A stretch of 63,966 nt of DNA, the filler included, from Candidatus Babelota bacterium (GTDB lineage Bacteria; JAGOBX01): assembly GCA_017999075.1 (NCBI GenBank). It is 10 parts of 10 records of this genome, joined end to end, with 100 filler letters (N's around TTAATTAATTAA, not from the genome) between each part and the next. Parts side by side here need not be neighbours in the genome. Positions count along the whole stretch, not along the records: positions 26,184 to 32,596 come from JAGOBX010000211.1; positions 32,697 to 39,081 come from JAGOBX010000212.1; positions 39,182 to 45,564 come from JAGOBX010000213.1; 7 more parts are not named here. One strand, given 5' to 3'. Positions 31,578-41,312 of the stretch are shown in pieces (position 1 is the first letter of the stretch; every line of letters starts with the position of its first letter). The translations under genes and the position numbers were made by a program. The notes beneath the pieces are model-generated. The model was not told the origin of the DNA and made no database searches. It was given only the letters and a program-made list of their open reading frames with translations.

Positions 31578-31584
31578 ATTCTTT

Positions 31585-31612
31585 TTATCGGTATGTATTC
31601 AAAAAAACTTTA
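31585..31612 (-). promoter_or_regulatory. Sigma28 (FliA/SigD) promoter of flagellin
   Basis: TAAA-N16-ACCGATAA, with the extended -35 element TAAAGTTT. Confidence 0.8.
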
Positions 31613-31689
31613 GCTGTTTTTGAAAAAATAATTTATCTGATTTGTTTTTAATGAGTTAAATCGCGTTCTGATGTTTTGTTTTGTTTGAT

Positions 31690-32550
31690 TTATGAGAATA
31701 ATAAATTGTTTATTTTTATTTTTAATTTGTTTATATGATTGAAATTTTTATTTTGAATATATGTATATGAAAATTTGTATTTGATATTATTGTTTATTTT
31801 TATTATATTTTTTAATATTTTTTCCATTATCGAATCGTCATAATAACAATAAGTCAGATTCTGCAGTAAATTGATAATGCTTTCTTTTTGGGATGCTGGT
31901 TTTAATTCAGAGTTTATGCTGTTTTTTTGTTTAATGGAATAAAGTTTAACAGGATTTAGAAAAATTATACAATCGATTTTGTTAAATAAAAAAAATTTTT
32001 CAAAAAAAGGATGAGAACATATTTCGGTTTTGGTTCCTGAAGTTTTTAATAGTATAGTATCATTGGAAAGCAGATTTATATTAGAATCAGAATCGGCAAG
32101 CTTTGAACTTATCGTGGTTTTTCCGGCATTATTTTTTCCGCAAAATAATATAATTTTATTTTTATATTCAATTGCGGATGAATGTAAACTTATACCATTA
32201 AGTTTTTTTTCAAGATATAATTGCAGCAGAAATCTTAACGCGGGTTTAACATAAAAAATCGGAGTATCGGTTTTAATGAAATTTAAATTGTAATTTGAAA
32301 TTTCAGCAATTGACTTATTATTTTTGTTTTCGTCATTTATTAAATATTCTTCGCCATTTTGTTTTAATGCGGTTAGCTGTGGTCTTTTATGAATTTGCGA
32401 AGCGGTTTTTATATGTTTTAAATCAATGAATAATTCGTTTGTTACAGATCGTTTATTATCTTTATATAAATCAGGAAACAACTTATTTAAACATAAACCG
32501 CATTTTTGTGAAAAATATATTTTTTTATCAAAAAGCTTTATATAATCCAT
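31690..32550 (-). CDS. HPr-kinase-related P-loop protein
   Basis: LHSSAIEYKNKIILFCGKNNAGKTT followed by LLSNDTILL is the HprK-like pattern (LHA...GxxGxGKST...hhxDD). Confidence 0.65.
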   Translation of the reverse strand: MDYIKLFDKKIYFSQKCGLCLNKLFPDLYKDNKRSVTNELFIDLKHIKTASQIHKRPQLTALKQNGEEYLINDENKNNKSIAEISNYNLNFIKTDTPIFYVKPALRFLLQLYLEKKLNGISLHSSAIEYKNKIILFCGKNNAGKTTISSKLADSDSNINLLSNDTILLKTSGTKTEICSHPFFEKFFLFNKIDCIIFLNPVKLYSIKQKNSINSELKPASQKESIINLLQNLTYCYYDDSIMEKILKNIIKINNNIKYKFSYTYIQNKNFNHINKLKIKINNLLFS

Positions 32551-32697
32551 TTTAAATTAAAAATTTTCCATATTTTGTTTTTATATTATCATGTATNNNN
32601 NNNNNNNNNNNNNNNNNNNNNNNNNNNNNNNNNNNNNNNNTTAATTAATTAANNNNNNNNNNNNNNNNNNNNNNNNNNNNNNNNNNNNNNNNNNNNT

Positions 32698-35600
32698 GTT
32701 GTCTGCGAAGAGTTTTGTAAAAATAAATTAATAGAACATTTGAAAAATAAAATAATGATATTGAGCGGCGGCCAGGCATTAAGAGGTTTGTATGACAGTG
32801 ATTTGAAGATAATAGATAATTACGGGCCTGCTGAATGCACTGTGGTTTCTACCGCTAAAACATATAATATTGAAAATAAAAGTAAAAATATAACAATAGG
32901 AAAACCGATTAATAATGCCTTGATTTATATATTAGATAAATACAAATGTTTGCAGCCGATAGAAATAAGCGGTGAAATATGTATAGCAGGTGCAGGGTTG
33001 GCGCGCGGATATTTGAATAATGAAAAATTAACAGCTGAAAAATTTATTGAATGGAATGGAAAAAGAATATACCGGACAGGAGATATCGGGAGATGGAATG
33101 AAAATGGAGAAATTGAGTTTTTAGGCAGAATAGACGATCAGGTTAAAGTACGCGGATTTAGAATCGAACTTGGAGAAATAGAAATGGCTTTGTCAAACCA
33201 TCCTTTAATCAGAGAAAATATAGTTTTAGCGAAAAAGTTAAAAGATGGAGAAAATGAACTGATAGCGTATTACACTTTGAAAAATCAAGAATTGGCAGAT
33301 AATCGAATTGGTGAATTGACTGAAAGTGAAAATTCTAATGATTTAAAAAAATTACAAAATAATATTAGTAAATCCGGAAATTTGAAATTAACAGTTGGCG
33401 AGATTCGAGAATTTTTAGGAAAGACTCTTCCTTTATATATGATACCTGCGTATTTTATAGAACTTGAAAAAATGCCATTGAATTCCAGCAGTAAGATAGA
33501 CAGGAAAAATCTTCCGCTTCCATCAGAAGAAGGTTTGATTAGAATCAGAGAATATAAGAATCCTGAAACCAAATCAGAAAAAATATTAGTGCAGATTTTA
33601 AATGAAGTTTTAGGAGTAAAGAAAATAAGTGTTTTGGATAATTTTTTTGAATTGGGCGGAGATTCTATAAAAGCAATACAGGTAATCGCCCGTTTAAATA
33701 TGAAAGATTTTCATATTGAGATTAAAGATATTTTTCAATCTCCGGTCATAAAAGATTTAGCGCAAAAATTAGTAAAGAAAAAAAGAAAAATAGAACAAAT
33801 AAAAACAAGTGGAAAATCTCCCTTAACTCCAGTTCAGAAATGGTTTTTTGAACTTGAACATGGTAAAAAAGGGCATTTTAATCAGTCGTTGATGCTGGAA
33901 AGTTCAGAACGTATTGACGAAAATATTATAAAGACTGTATTGGGAAAAATAGTAGAACATCACGATGCGCTGAGAATGGTGTATAAAAAAAATGATAATG
34001 AGATTATACAGGAATATAAAGACGAAGCTGAAATATATTTTGAAATAATGGATGTCTGCAAAATAACAGATTCAAAGAAGATAGTAGAAGAACATTGTCA
34101 AAAAATTCAATCTGGAATTAATCTTGAAACAGGGCCGTTAATGAAATGTGTCTTGTTTAGAACAGAAGAAAAAGATTTACTGCTTATAGTAATCCATCAT
34201 CTTGTGATAGACGGAGTGTCGTGGAGGATATTGCTTGAAGATTTGAATTACGGGTATAGCCTGGCATTGAATAAGGAGGAAGTAAAGTTCCCGTTAAAAA
34301 CAGATTCGTTTAAAAAATATGCGGAAGAGTTAATTAAATACAGTACAACACCGCTATTATTAAAAGAATTGGAATATTGGCAGAAAATGATTGATAATTC
34401 TGCACACGAATTTTTTAATGCTGTAATTTTATTAAAAAATATAAAAAATGAGACTTTAGTTTTAGAAAAAGAATTAACTGAAAAAATTTTGAGATCAGTT
34501 CATTTCGCGTATAATACAAAAATTAATGATATTCTGCTTGCAGCTCTTGCTGATGCATTTCATAAGAGTTTTGGAAAAGAAAATTTATTGGTTGAACTTG
34601 AGACTCACGGCCGAGACGAAATATTAAGAGACATCAATATAAGCCGTACAATCGGCTGGTTTACTGCAATGTATCCTTTAATTCTCAAAAATTATGATGA
34701 TATATCAAAATTAATCAAAGAAACTAAAGAAGTGCTTAGGCGCGTGCCGAATAATGGAATAGGTTACTGGATATTAAAATATCTGACTCCTTATGAACAT
34801 ACAAAATCCCTCCAATTTGATAAACTTCATCCGCAAGTGTTATTTAACTATTTAGGAGAAATGTCTTCGAATGAACAGTCAAAATCCATATTTGATTTTT
34901 CACAAACAGGTTCGGGAAAAAGTATAAGCAGCGATTTTGAATTGAGGCATCCGATAGAAATTAATGCAGTTACAGTTGATAATAAAATTAATTTCGACAT
35001 TGCATATAATCCTGAAATATATTCACAACAACAAATACAATTATTTTTTGAAAATTATAAAACTGCGTTATCTGAAATTGCCGAACATTGTATTTCCAGG
35101 AATTATTCTGAAAAAACACCGTCGGATTATACAATCAAGAATATGTCAATAAGCGATTACGACATATTAAAAGATAAATACTGCGGAAATATTGAGGATA
35201 TTTATCCGCTAACTTCTCTGCAGGAAGGAATGCTTTATCATTATATAGCAGATAATGCACAATCAGATATGTATTTTGAACAGACAACACTTACAATTAA
35301 TGAAGTATTAAACATCGAAAAAATAGAATACGCGTTTAATAAAATTATTAGTAGGCATAAGGCTCTGCGTGTGCGTATTGCATATAATGGATTAGATGCG
35401 CCTAAACAGGTTGTTTTAAATAATAATTATCTTAATATTAATTATAATAATGCTAAAAATGAAACCGATATTAAACAGTTTATTGAAAATTATAAAGTTA
35501 AGGATAGAACCACAAAATTCAATTTGGAAAATGATTTGCTTTTAAGAGTTTCAGTTATTGAAACTGATGTAAGTCAATATGTAATGATTTTGAGTTTTCA

Positions 35601-38600
35601 TCATTTAATAATTGACGGCTGGTGCAATGCAATAATTTTTAATGAGTATCAGAAAATTATGGCAGGCAAAGAAGAAGTGCTTGAACCTGCTATTGATTAT
35701 AAATTATATATAGATTGGCTGCAAAATAGAGATTATATTGCAGCTGAAGAGTTTTGGAGGGAATATCTTGATGGTTATGATACTCCCACAAAAATTGGTT
35801 TTATATATGATGAAACAAAAGATAATATATTTGCTGAAGATTCGCTTGAATTAGGCGAAGAAGAAACAAAAAAAATGATGCAGTTTACTTCATTTAATAA
35901 TATTACTGTTAACACGCTTTTAAATACTGCGTGGGGAATAGTTTTAGCAAAATATAATTTTACTTCAGACGCTGTTTTTGGAACTGTTCAATCAGGCAGA
36001 CCGCCTGAGATAAAAGGTATTGAAAAGATGATGGGTCTTTGCATTAATACTGTTCCGGTCAGAATCAGGATAAATAAAAATGAATCGAATATTGAACTGC
36101 TTAGAAGAATACAGAAAGAATCAATTTTATTGCAAGAAAACGGATATTTAAAACTGTCACGAATTAATTTTTTGAGTTCTTTAAAAAATGAACTTTTTAA
36201 TCATATAATAGTTTTTGAAAATTATCCGTTTGAAATAAATGATAATGACAAGGATACCGTTTCCGGTAAAATTACGGATATTGATGTTTTTGAAAAAATT
36301 AATTATGATTTTCATATAACAGCGCATATATCTGATAAATTCAGAATTAATTTTTCATACAGTGAATCTTATTTTACAAAACAAAAAATTGAACTTTTGA
36401 AAACTCATTTGAAAAATATTTTGAATGAATTTATTAATAACCCGTCAGCAAATATTGAAAATATTTCAATATTAAGTGATTATGAAAAAAATATATTTTT
36501 AAAATTCAGCAATCCGTATAAGGTTCAAAATATTCGAAAAACTGTAGTTGATTTTTTTGAAAGTAAGGTTTCGGAAAATCCGGATGCAATTGCTTTGTTG
36601 ACAGTTGATAAAGAATTTACTTATAATTATATTAATTCGGAATCCAATCGATTGGCAAATTATTTAATAACGCATATGAAAGTATCGCCGGAGGAAATAA
36701 TAGCAATAGAATTGCCGCGTTCTGAAAAAATGATTATAGCTATATTAGGGGTATTAAAAGCAGGATGCGCATACCTTCCGGTTTCGTTGAATGAACCTGA
36801 ACCCAGGAAAAACAGAATGATTGAAATGGCCAAGGTAAGATATTCTATATCTGAAAATAAACAAAATAATAATAATATAGAAACAATATGTTTTAATGAA
36901 TTTCAAAAATTTGAACAGATATCAAATCCAACATTAGAAATTAAAATGAACAGCCTTGCTTATATAATTTTTACATCAGGTTCTACAGGAGAACCAAAAG
37001 GCGTTATGATAGAACATCTGAATTTATCCGATTATGTACAGACATTTTCGAGTTTTTTTAATATCAAAAACACTGATGTTGTTTTACAGCATCTGTCATA
37101 TAATTTTGATGCTTCGATAGAAGAAATTTTTCCAATATTGACTCACGGAGGAAAACTTGCTCTTGCTCCATCGCTCGATGATACTACAGAATTTATTGAT
37201 TTTGTAAATAAAAATAAAATAACAGTAATTTCAACTGTGCCGGCGCTTTCAGAAATTTTTAACGAAAATGTTGAACGATTGACATCATTGAGAATTTTTA
37301 TATGCGGCGGCGATACTTTGAAATATTCTTCAATTGATCGAATAATAAATTATTGTGATGTTTATAATACTTATGGCCCTACGGAAAGTACAGTATGCGC
37401 CGCATATTTTAAAATTGAAAAAGAATATAAGAATATTCCTATTGGCAAACCGATTAATAACCGGAAAATAATTATTGTGGATCGTTTTGATAAAGAATGT
37501 CCTGCTGGTGTTCCAGGAGAAATATTGATATCAGGCTCAGGGCTGGCGCGAGGGTATCTTAATGACGTTTTATTAACTTCTGAAAAATTCATTAAATTGA
37601 ACAATGAAATTTTTTACCGAACCGGAGATTCGGCAAGGTGGATGGAAGACGGAAATATAGAATTTTTAGGGAGAATAGATAATCAGGTGAAAATTCGTGG
37701 ATTTAGAATCGAACTTTGTGAAATAGAAGCTGCTGTTTCCAAACATCCTGCTGTTAAAGACTCTGTTGTTGTTGCAAAAAAATTAAAAGGCGAAGAAAAG
37801 GAACTGGTAGCGTATTACACTTTAAAAATTGACGAGTCTGCGGATAATCGTATTGACGAACTTGCGGTTAATGAAAATTCTGAAGACCTGAAAAATTTAC
37901 AAATTCGTAAATCCGGAAATTTGAAGTCAGCAGCTGTTGAGATTCGTGAATTTTTAACAAAGTTTTTGCCTGCATATATGGTTCCGGCATATTTTGTGGA
38001 ATTGAAAAAAATTCCGTTGACTGCAAGCGGTAAAATTGATAAAAAAAATTTGCCGAAACCGGTTGAATCTGAAAATTGTTTTGTTAAAAACGCTGAAACA
38101 AAGAATGAAATGTTGTTGGAAGAAGTTTGGAAAAAAGTTTTTAAAATGGATGGGATTGGTGTTAATCAGGATTTCTTTGAACTTGGAGGTGATTCAGTTA
38201 AACTTATTTCAATTGTTGCAGCTTGCCGTGGCATAGGCCTTAAAGTCACAGTTAAAGATATTCTTGAAAATAGGACAATCGAAAGGATTGTGAAAAATAT
38301 GGCTGGCGAATTCAGCGGTCTGCTGCAGATTCATAATGAATTCGGTAAAAAAAGTTTAATAGCGTTTCCTTTAATTATTGGGTTCGGTTATGCTAATGCT
38401 GCTATGGCTGCTTATTTGAAAAAGCATACGCTTTATACTGTTGACTATAAAATATCGGATGATTTATTTGATGAATATTATAATGAAATAATTCGAGCAA
38501 ATGTTGAAAAACCTTATTCTCTGTTCGGATATTCAGCAGGCGGTAATCTGGCGTTTGAATTTGCTAAATATTTGGAAATGCGCGGTGAAATGATTGAATT

Positions 38601-38997
38601 GTTATGGTTGTTTGATGCTCATCCTAAAACTGAAATATATGTTTCAACTAAAGAAGAATTCGATAAATTAGTTGGAGATATTCGGAAATCAGATGATTAT
38701 ATTTCAAATGATGAAAAAAGAATCATTTCATTTGAAACTGAAAAACGTATCCGTGATTTATATTATAAAACATCAGAACATTATAACAATTATTTTAATA
38801 ATTTGATTACAGATGGAAAAATATCCGCAGATATAATATGTATTTGCTCTCCTGAATCGGAAGTTAAGCCGGATTGGTCAAAATTTACAATGGGAAAATA
38901 TGAAATTTTGAATGGTGCGGGCAAACACGAAGAAATGATGCAGTCTGAATATATAGCACAAAATTGTTCGTTTTTGAATATGCCGGATGAAAATTGA
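32698..38997 (+). CDS. Non-ribosomal peptide synthetase, terminal part: A(partial)-T-E-C-A-T-TE; 5'-truncated
   Basis: A-domain cores YGPAE/YRTGD/QVKVRGFRIELGEIE; T domain FFELGGDSI; E domain HHLVIDGVSW, ETHGRD, RTIGWFT, PNNGIGY, FNYLG; C domain HHLIIDGW; second A domain YIIFTSGSTGEPKG; T domain FFELGGDSV; TE domain GYSAGG...GKHEEMM. Confidence 0.96.
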   Translation, partial: VVCEEFCKNKLIEHLKNKIMILSGGQALRGLYDSDLKIIDNYGPAECTVVSTAKTYNIENKSKNITIGKPINNALIYILDKYKCLQPIEISGEICIAGAGLARGYLNNEKLTAEKFIEWNGKRIYRTGDIGRWNENGEIEFLGRIDDQVKVRGFRIELGEIEMALSNHPLIRENIVLAKKLKDGENELIAYYTLKNQELADNRIGELTESENSNDLKKLQNNISKSGNLKLTVGEIREFLGKTLPLYMIPAYFIELEKMPLNSSSKIDRKNLPLPSEEGLIRIREYKNPETKSEKILVQILNEVLGVKKISVLDNFFELGGDSIKAIQVIARLNMKDFHIEIKDIFQSPVIKDLAQKLVKKKRKIEQIKTSGKSPLTPVQKWFFELEHGKKGHFNQSLMLESSERIDENIIKTVLGKIVEHHDALRMVYKKNDNEIIQEYKDEAEIYFEIMDVCKITDSKKIVEEHCQKIQSGINLETGPLMKCVLFRTEEKDLLLIVIHHLVIDGVSWRILLEDLNYGYSLALNKEEVKFPLKTDSFKKYAEELIKYSTTPLLLKELEYWQKMIDNSAHEFFNAVILLKNIKNETLVLEKELTEKILRSVHFAYNTKINDILLAALADAFHKSFGKENLLVELETHGRDEILRDINISRTIGWFTAMYPLILKNYDDISKLIKETKEVLRRVPNNGIGYWILKYLTPYEHTKSLQFDKLHPQVLFNYLGEMSSNEQSKSIFDFSQTGSGKSISSDFELRHPIEINAVTVDNKINFDIAYNPEIYSQQQIQLFFENYKTALSEIAEHCISRNYSEKTPSDYTIKNMSISDYDILKDKYCGNIEDIYPLTSLQEGMLYHYIADNAQSDMYFEQTTLTINEVLNIEKIEYAFNKIISRHKALRVRIAYNGLDAPKQVVLNNNYLNINYNNAKNETDIKQFIENYKVKDRTTKFNLENDLLLRVSVIETDVSQYVMILSFHHLIIDGWCNAIIFNEYQKIMAGKEEVLEPAIDYKLYIDWLQNRDYIAAEEFWREYLDGYDTPTKIGFIYDETKDNIFAEDSLELGEEETKKMMQFTSFNNITVNTLLNTAWGIVLAKYNFTSDAVFGTVQSGRPPEIKGIEKMMGLCINTVPVRIRINKNESNIELLRRIQKESILLQENGYLKLSRINFLSSLKNELFNHIIVFENYPFEINDNDKDTVSGKITDIDVFEKINYDFHITAHISDKFRINFSYSESYFTKQKIELLKTHLKNILNEFINNPSANIENISILSDYEKNIFLKFSNPYKVQNIRKTVVDFFESKVSENPDAIALLTVDKEFTYNYINSESNRLANYLITHMKVSPEEIIAIELPRSEKMIIAILGVLKAGCAYLPVSLNEPEPRKNRMIEMAKVRYSISENKQNNNNIETICFNEFQKFEQISNPTLEIKMNSLAYIIFTSGSTGEPKGVMIEHLNLSDYVQTFSSFFNIKNTDVVLQHLSYNFDASIEEIFPILTHGGKLALAPSLDDTTEFIDFVNKNKITVISTVPALSEIFNENVERLTSLRIFICGGDTLKYSSIDRIINYCDVYNTYGPTESTVCAAYFKIEKEYKNIPIGKPINNRKIIIVDRFDKECPAGVPGEILISGSGLARGYLNDVLLTSEKFIKLNNEIFYRTGDSARWMEDGNIEFLGRIDNQVKIRGFRIELCEIEAAVSKHPAVKDSVVVAKKLKGEEKELVAYYTLKIDESADNRIDELAVNENSEDLKNLQIRKSGNLKSAAVEIREFLTKFLPAYMVPAYFVELKKIPLTASGKIDKKNLPKPVESENCFVKNAETKNEMLLEEVWKKVFKMDGIGVNQDFFELGGDSVKLISIVAACRGIGLKVTVKDILENRTIERIVKNMAGEFSGLLQIHNEFGKKSLIAFPLIIGFGYANAAMAAYLKKHTLYTVDYKISDDLFDEYYNEIIRANVEKPYSLFGYSAGGNLAFEFAKYLEMRGEMIELLWLFDAHPKTEIYVSTKEEFDKLVGDIRKSDDYISNDEKRIISFETEKRIRDLYYKTSEHYNNYFNNLITDGKISADIICICSPESEVKPDWSKFTMGKYEILNGAGKHEEMMQSEYIAQNCSFLNMPDEN

Positions 38998-39449
38998 AAG
39001 CCGAATTATTTTTAAAATGAAATTGTAAAATGTCATGCGGTCATTTTTTTATAATGACACAATTTACAATATATTATAATCNNNNNNNNNNNNNNNNNNN
39101 NNNNNNNNNNNNNNNNNNNNNNNNNTTAATTAATTAANNNNNNNNNNNNNNNNNNNNNNNNNNNNNNNNNNNNNNNNNNNNCCCTGGGAAACTTTTTAAT
39201 ATGGATGGAAATAATTTAAGTTTTATTGAGTTCGAAACTTTCAAAAATATTTTTTAATGTTTGGTTATTGCGGGTTGCTGACCGCCGAATAATTCAGCAA
39301 TTTTATCCTGCGTCAGCCCATTATTCTCATTATGCAGAAAAAATTCCACTTTTACTTTACCATTACTATTCGGTAAAAGTGTTGATTTATTTGGATAAAA
39401 TTAGAATAAAATAAGACATTGTTTTTTTGTTTATAATTCGAAATATAAA

Positions 39450-41312
39450 TCATCCAATAGGACATTTTCCTTTTATGAATTCGAAAATAGGACGAAATAT
39501 TTCGAAATATTTTGATTCAACTGTGGGAACAATATTTTGAGCAAAATTGACTTTTTGCTTATCACTAATAAATTTTATAAAATTATCTGTTCGAGTTATA
39601 TCTTCAATAAAATAATTCTCTAATCCTTGAACTCCATAAAATAACAATTCTATCGTTAATAAAGATTTGCCGCCGTATGTTCCTCCAGTATTACTATTAA
39701 TTACCTGTTTAGCAATCAATGAATTAGAAGGAACAGGTAATAACATTGAGTAGGAATTATAATTTTTATATTTTTTTGTTAAACATTTATATGGATCGCT
39801 TTGAATATCATCTCCTAATTGATTCCAATCGTTATACGCTTCATCAAAATCGAAAATAGAAAAAAATATTCTATCACGATAATTTTGATATAAGTCTGTA
39901 TCCTTCATCAGATTTCGTAAAAAATTTTTTGAAAATGCGTTTTGTATCTCGAATTTTCTTTTTTCCAAAGGATAAAGCTTGTTCCATGCGGTTTCAAATA
40001 TCATTTCATCAGAAACTCCTTCAGTAAACAAAATCGGCTGTGTTGTCTTTTTCAAGATTTTGTTAATGCACTTTATGATTTCATTTTCTGAATATGTCAT
40101 TAGACCGGCGGAGAGTGAAGAAATAATATCTTTTTTGTTTGCTGCGCCTGCTTCTGCAGCATAATTGCGTAATTCGAAATTTACTAATCGTTCCTGTTCT
40201 AAAGCTGCGATAGTTGAAGGGCTGTGAGTAGTTAACAATACATGATTTTTTCGCCGCGCCGGTTCGGAAATCATATTGGTTTGCTTAAGGAATTCAAATT
40301 GCCATTCCGGATGTAAGAATGAATCAGGTTCGTCCATTAGCGTCAGACAATTTCTATCCTGAAATGATTCTAATAATGAATATAAATAAATTGATTGGAA
40401 CTGACCATCGCTGAAATAATTAATGTCTTGCTGTTGATCATTTTGCAGAGTTACATTAAATTTGATGTCATCGATAATATCAATAATCTTAATTTCATTA
40501 AATAATTCTATTAGTTTATCAACAGAATCGGATTGAAATTCTTTTTTGAATTTTTTTATGCTTATAAAATATTTGTAATATGGTTTATTTACATTGGATA
40601 TATAACCGCTTAGTCGTAATTCGGGAACATCGCAAGTTGATAATCGCCGAAGGAATTCTCTTGCCTGTCCCTCTATTCCCCAAAAAAGAGTTTTATCATC
40701 AGCGCGATCAATTTTAAAAGTGCGCCTAACTATATACGGACGTTTTAATGTGATGATAAATTCTTGCTCAACATTTTGAATCCCAAGTTTTTCTTTAATA
40801 CCTTTAGCAATATTTTCATCAAAAGGTTGTGTAAGAAATATGGTTATAAGTAATTTTTTATATGCCCTGTCAAAATACATAAATCTATTGAAATCAACAT
40901 TTTTTCCGCCGCGAAAAAACCGTTTAATCATTGCCTGAAATTTTGAATTTGAATAATTCACATTTTCATTATGTCCGGAATAATAGATGAGTATGTTATC
41001 AGGCAGCGGTGTATCCGAGATACGTTTTCTCGCTGTTCCGTTAATTTTAAGAATATTATTTTTCCATTCGATTTCAGTAGATGCATTATTAATTTCAAAT
41101 TTAATTGTATATTCAAAACTAATAATCGGCCGAGCCCTTCTATTATTAAACTCATATAAATGCCGAAAAATCTCAATTAATGCTTCAAATAAATTTGATT
41201 TGCCTGTTCCATTTTTTCCGACAAAAACATCGATAAAACTATTTCCATCAAAATTTAAATTGAACTCTTTTAGATTTTTGTATCGACTTATATAAATTGT
41301 TTTTAATCTCAT
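39450..41312 (-). CDS. ABC/SMC-type ATPase fused to a TOPRIM-like domain (OLD-like), last gene of the type I RM operon
   Basis: YKNL, Walker A GKNGTGKS, signature FSDGQ, Walker B LMDEPD, H-loop TTHSP; C-terminal ILFTEGVSD and FDFD TOPRIM acidic motifs; ATGA overlap with hsdS. Confidence 0.8.
   Translation of the reverse strand: MRLKTIYISRYKNLKEFNLNFDGNSFIDVFVGKNGTGKSNLFEALIEIFRHLYEFNNRRARPIISFEYTIKFEINNASTEIEWKNNILKINGTARKRISDTPLPDNILIYYSGHNENVNYSNSKFQAMIKRFFRGGKNVDFNRFMYFDRAYKKLLITIFLTQPFDENIAKGIKEKLGIQNVEQEFIITLKRPYIVRRTFKIDRADDKTLFWGIEGQAREFLRRLSTCDVPELRLSGYISNVNKPYYKYFISIKKFKKEFQSDSVDKLIELFNEIKIIDIIDDIKFNVTLQNDQQQDINYFSDGQFQSIYLYSLLESFQDRNCLTLMDEPDSFLHPEWQFEFLKQTNMISEPARRKNHVLLTTHSPSTIAALEQERLVNFELRNYAAEAGAANKKDIISSLSAGLMTYSENEIIKCINKILKKTTQPILFTEGVSDEMIFETAWNKLYPLEKRKFEIQNAFSKNFLRNLMKDTDLYQNYRDRIFFSIFDFDEAYNDWNQLGDDIQSDPYKCLTKKYKNYNSYSMLLPVPSNSLIAKQVINSNTGGTYGGKSLLTIELLFYGVQGLENYFIEDITRTDNFIKFISDKQKVNFAQNIVPTVESKYFEIFRPIFEFIKGKCPIG

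Noticed and set aside
39022-39070. Imperfect hairpin after the NRPS stop
   Set aside because: AT-rich, no clear U-tract and cut by the contig end; cannot be called a terminator.
39268-39320. GC-richer hairpin (ttgctga...tcagcaa) downstream of the RM operon as a tRNA or attachment site
   Set aside because: No cloverleaf, T-loop or CCA end and no integrase on the contig.
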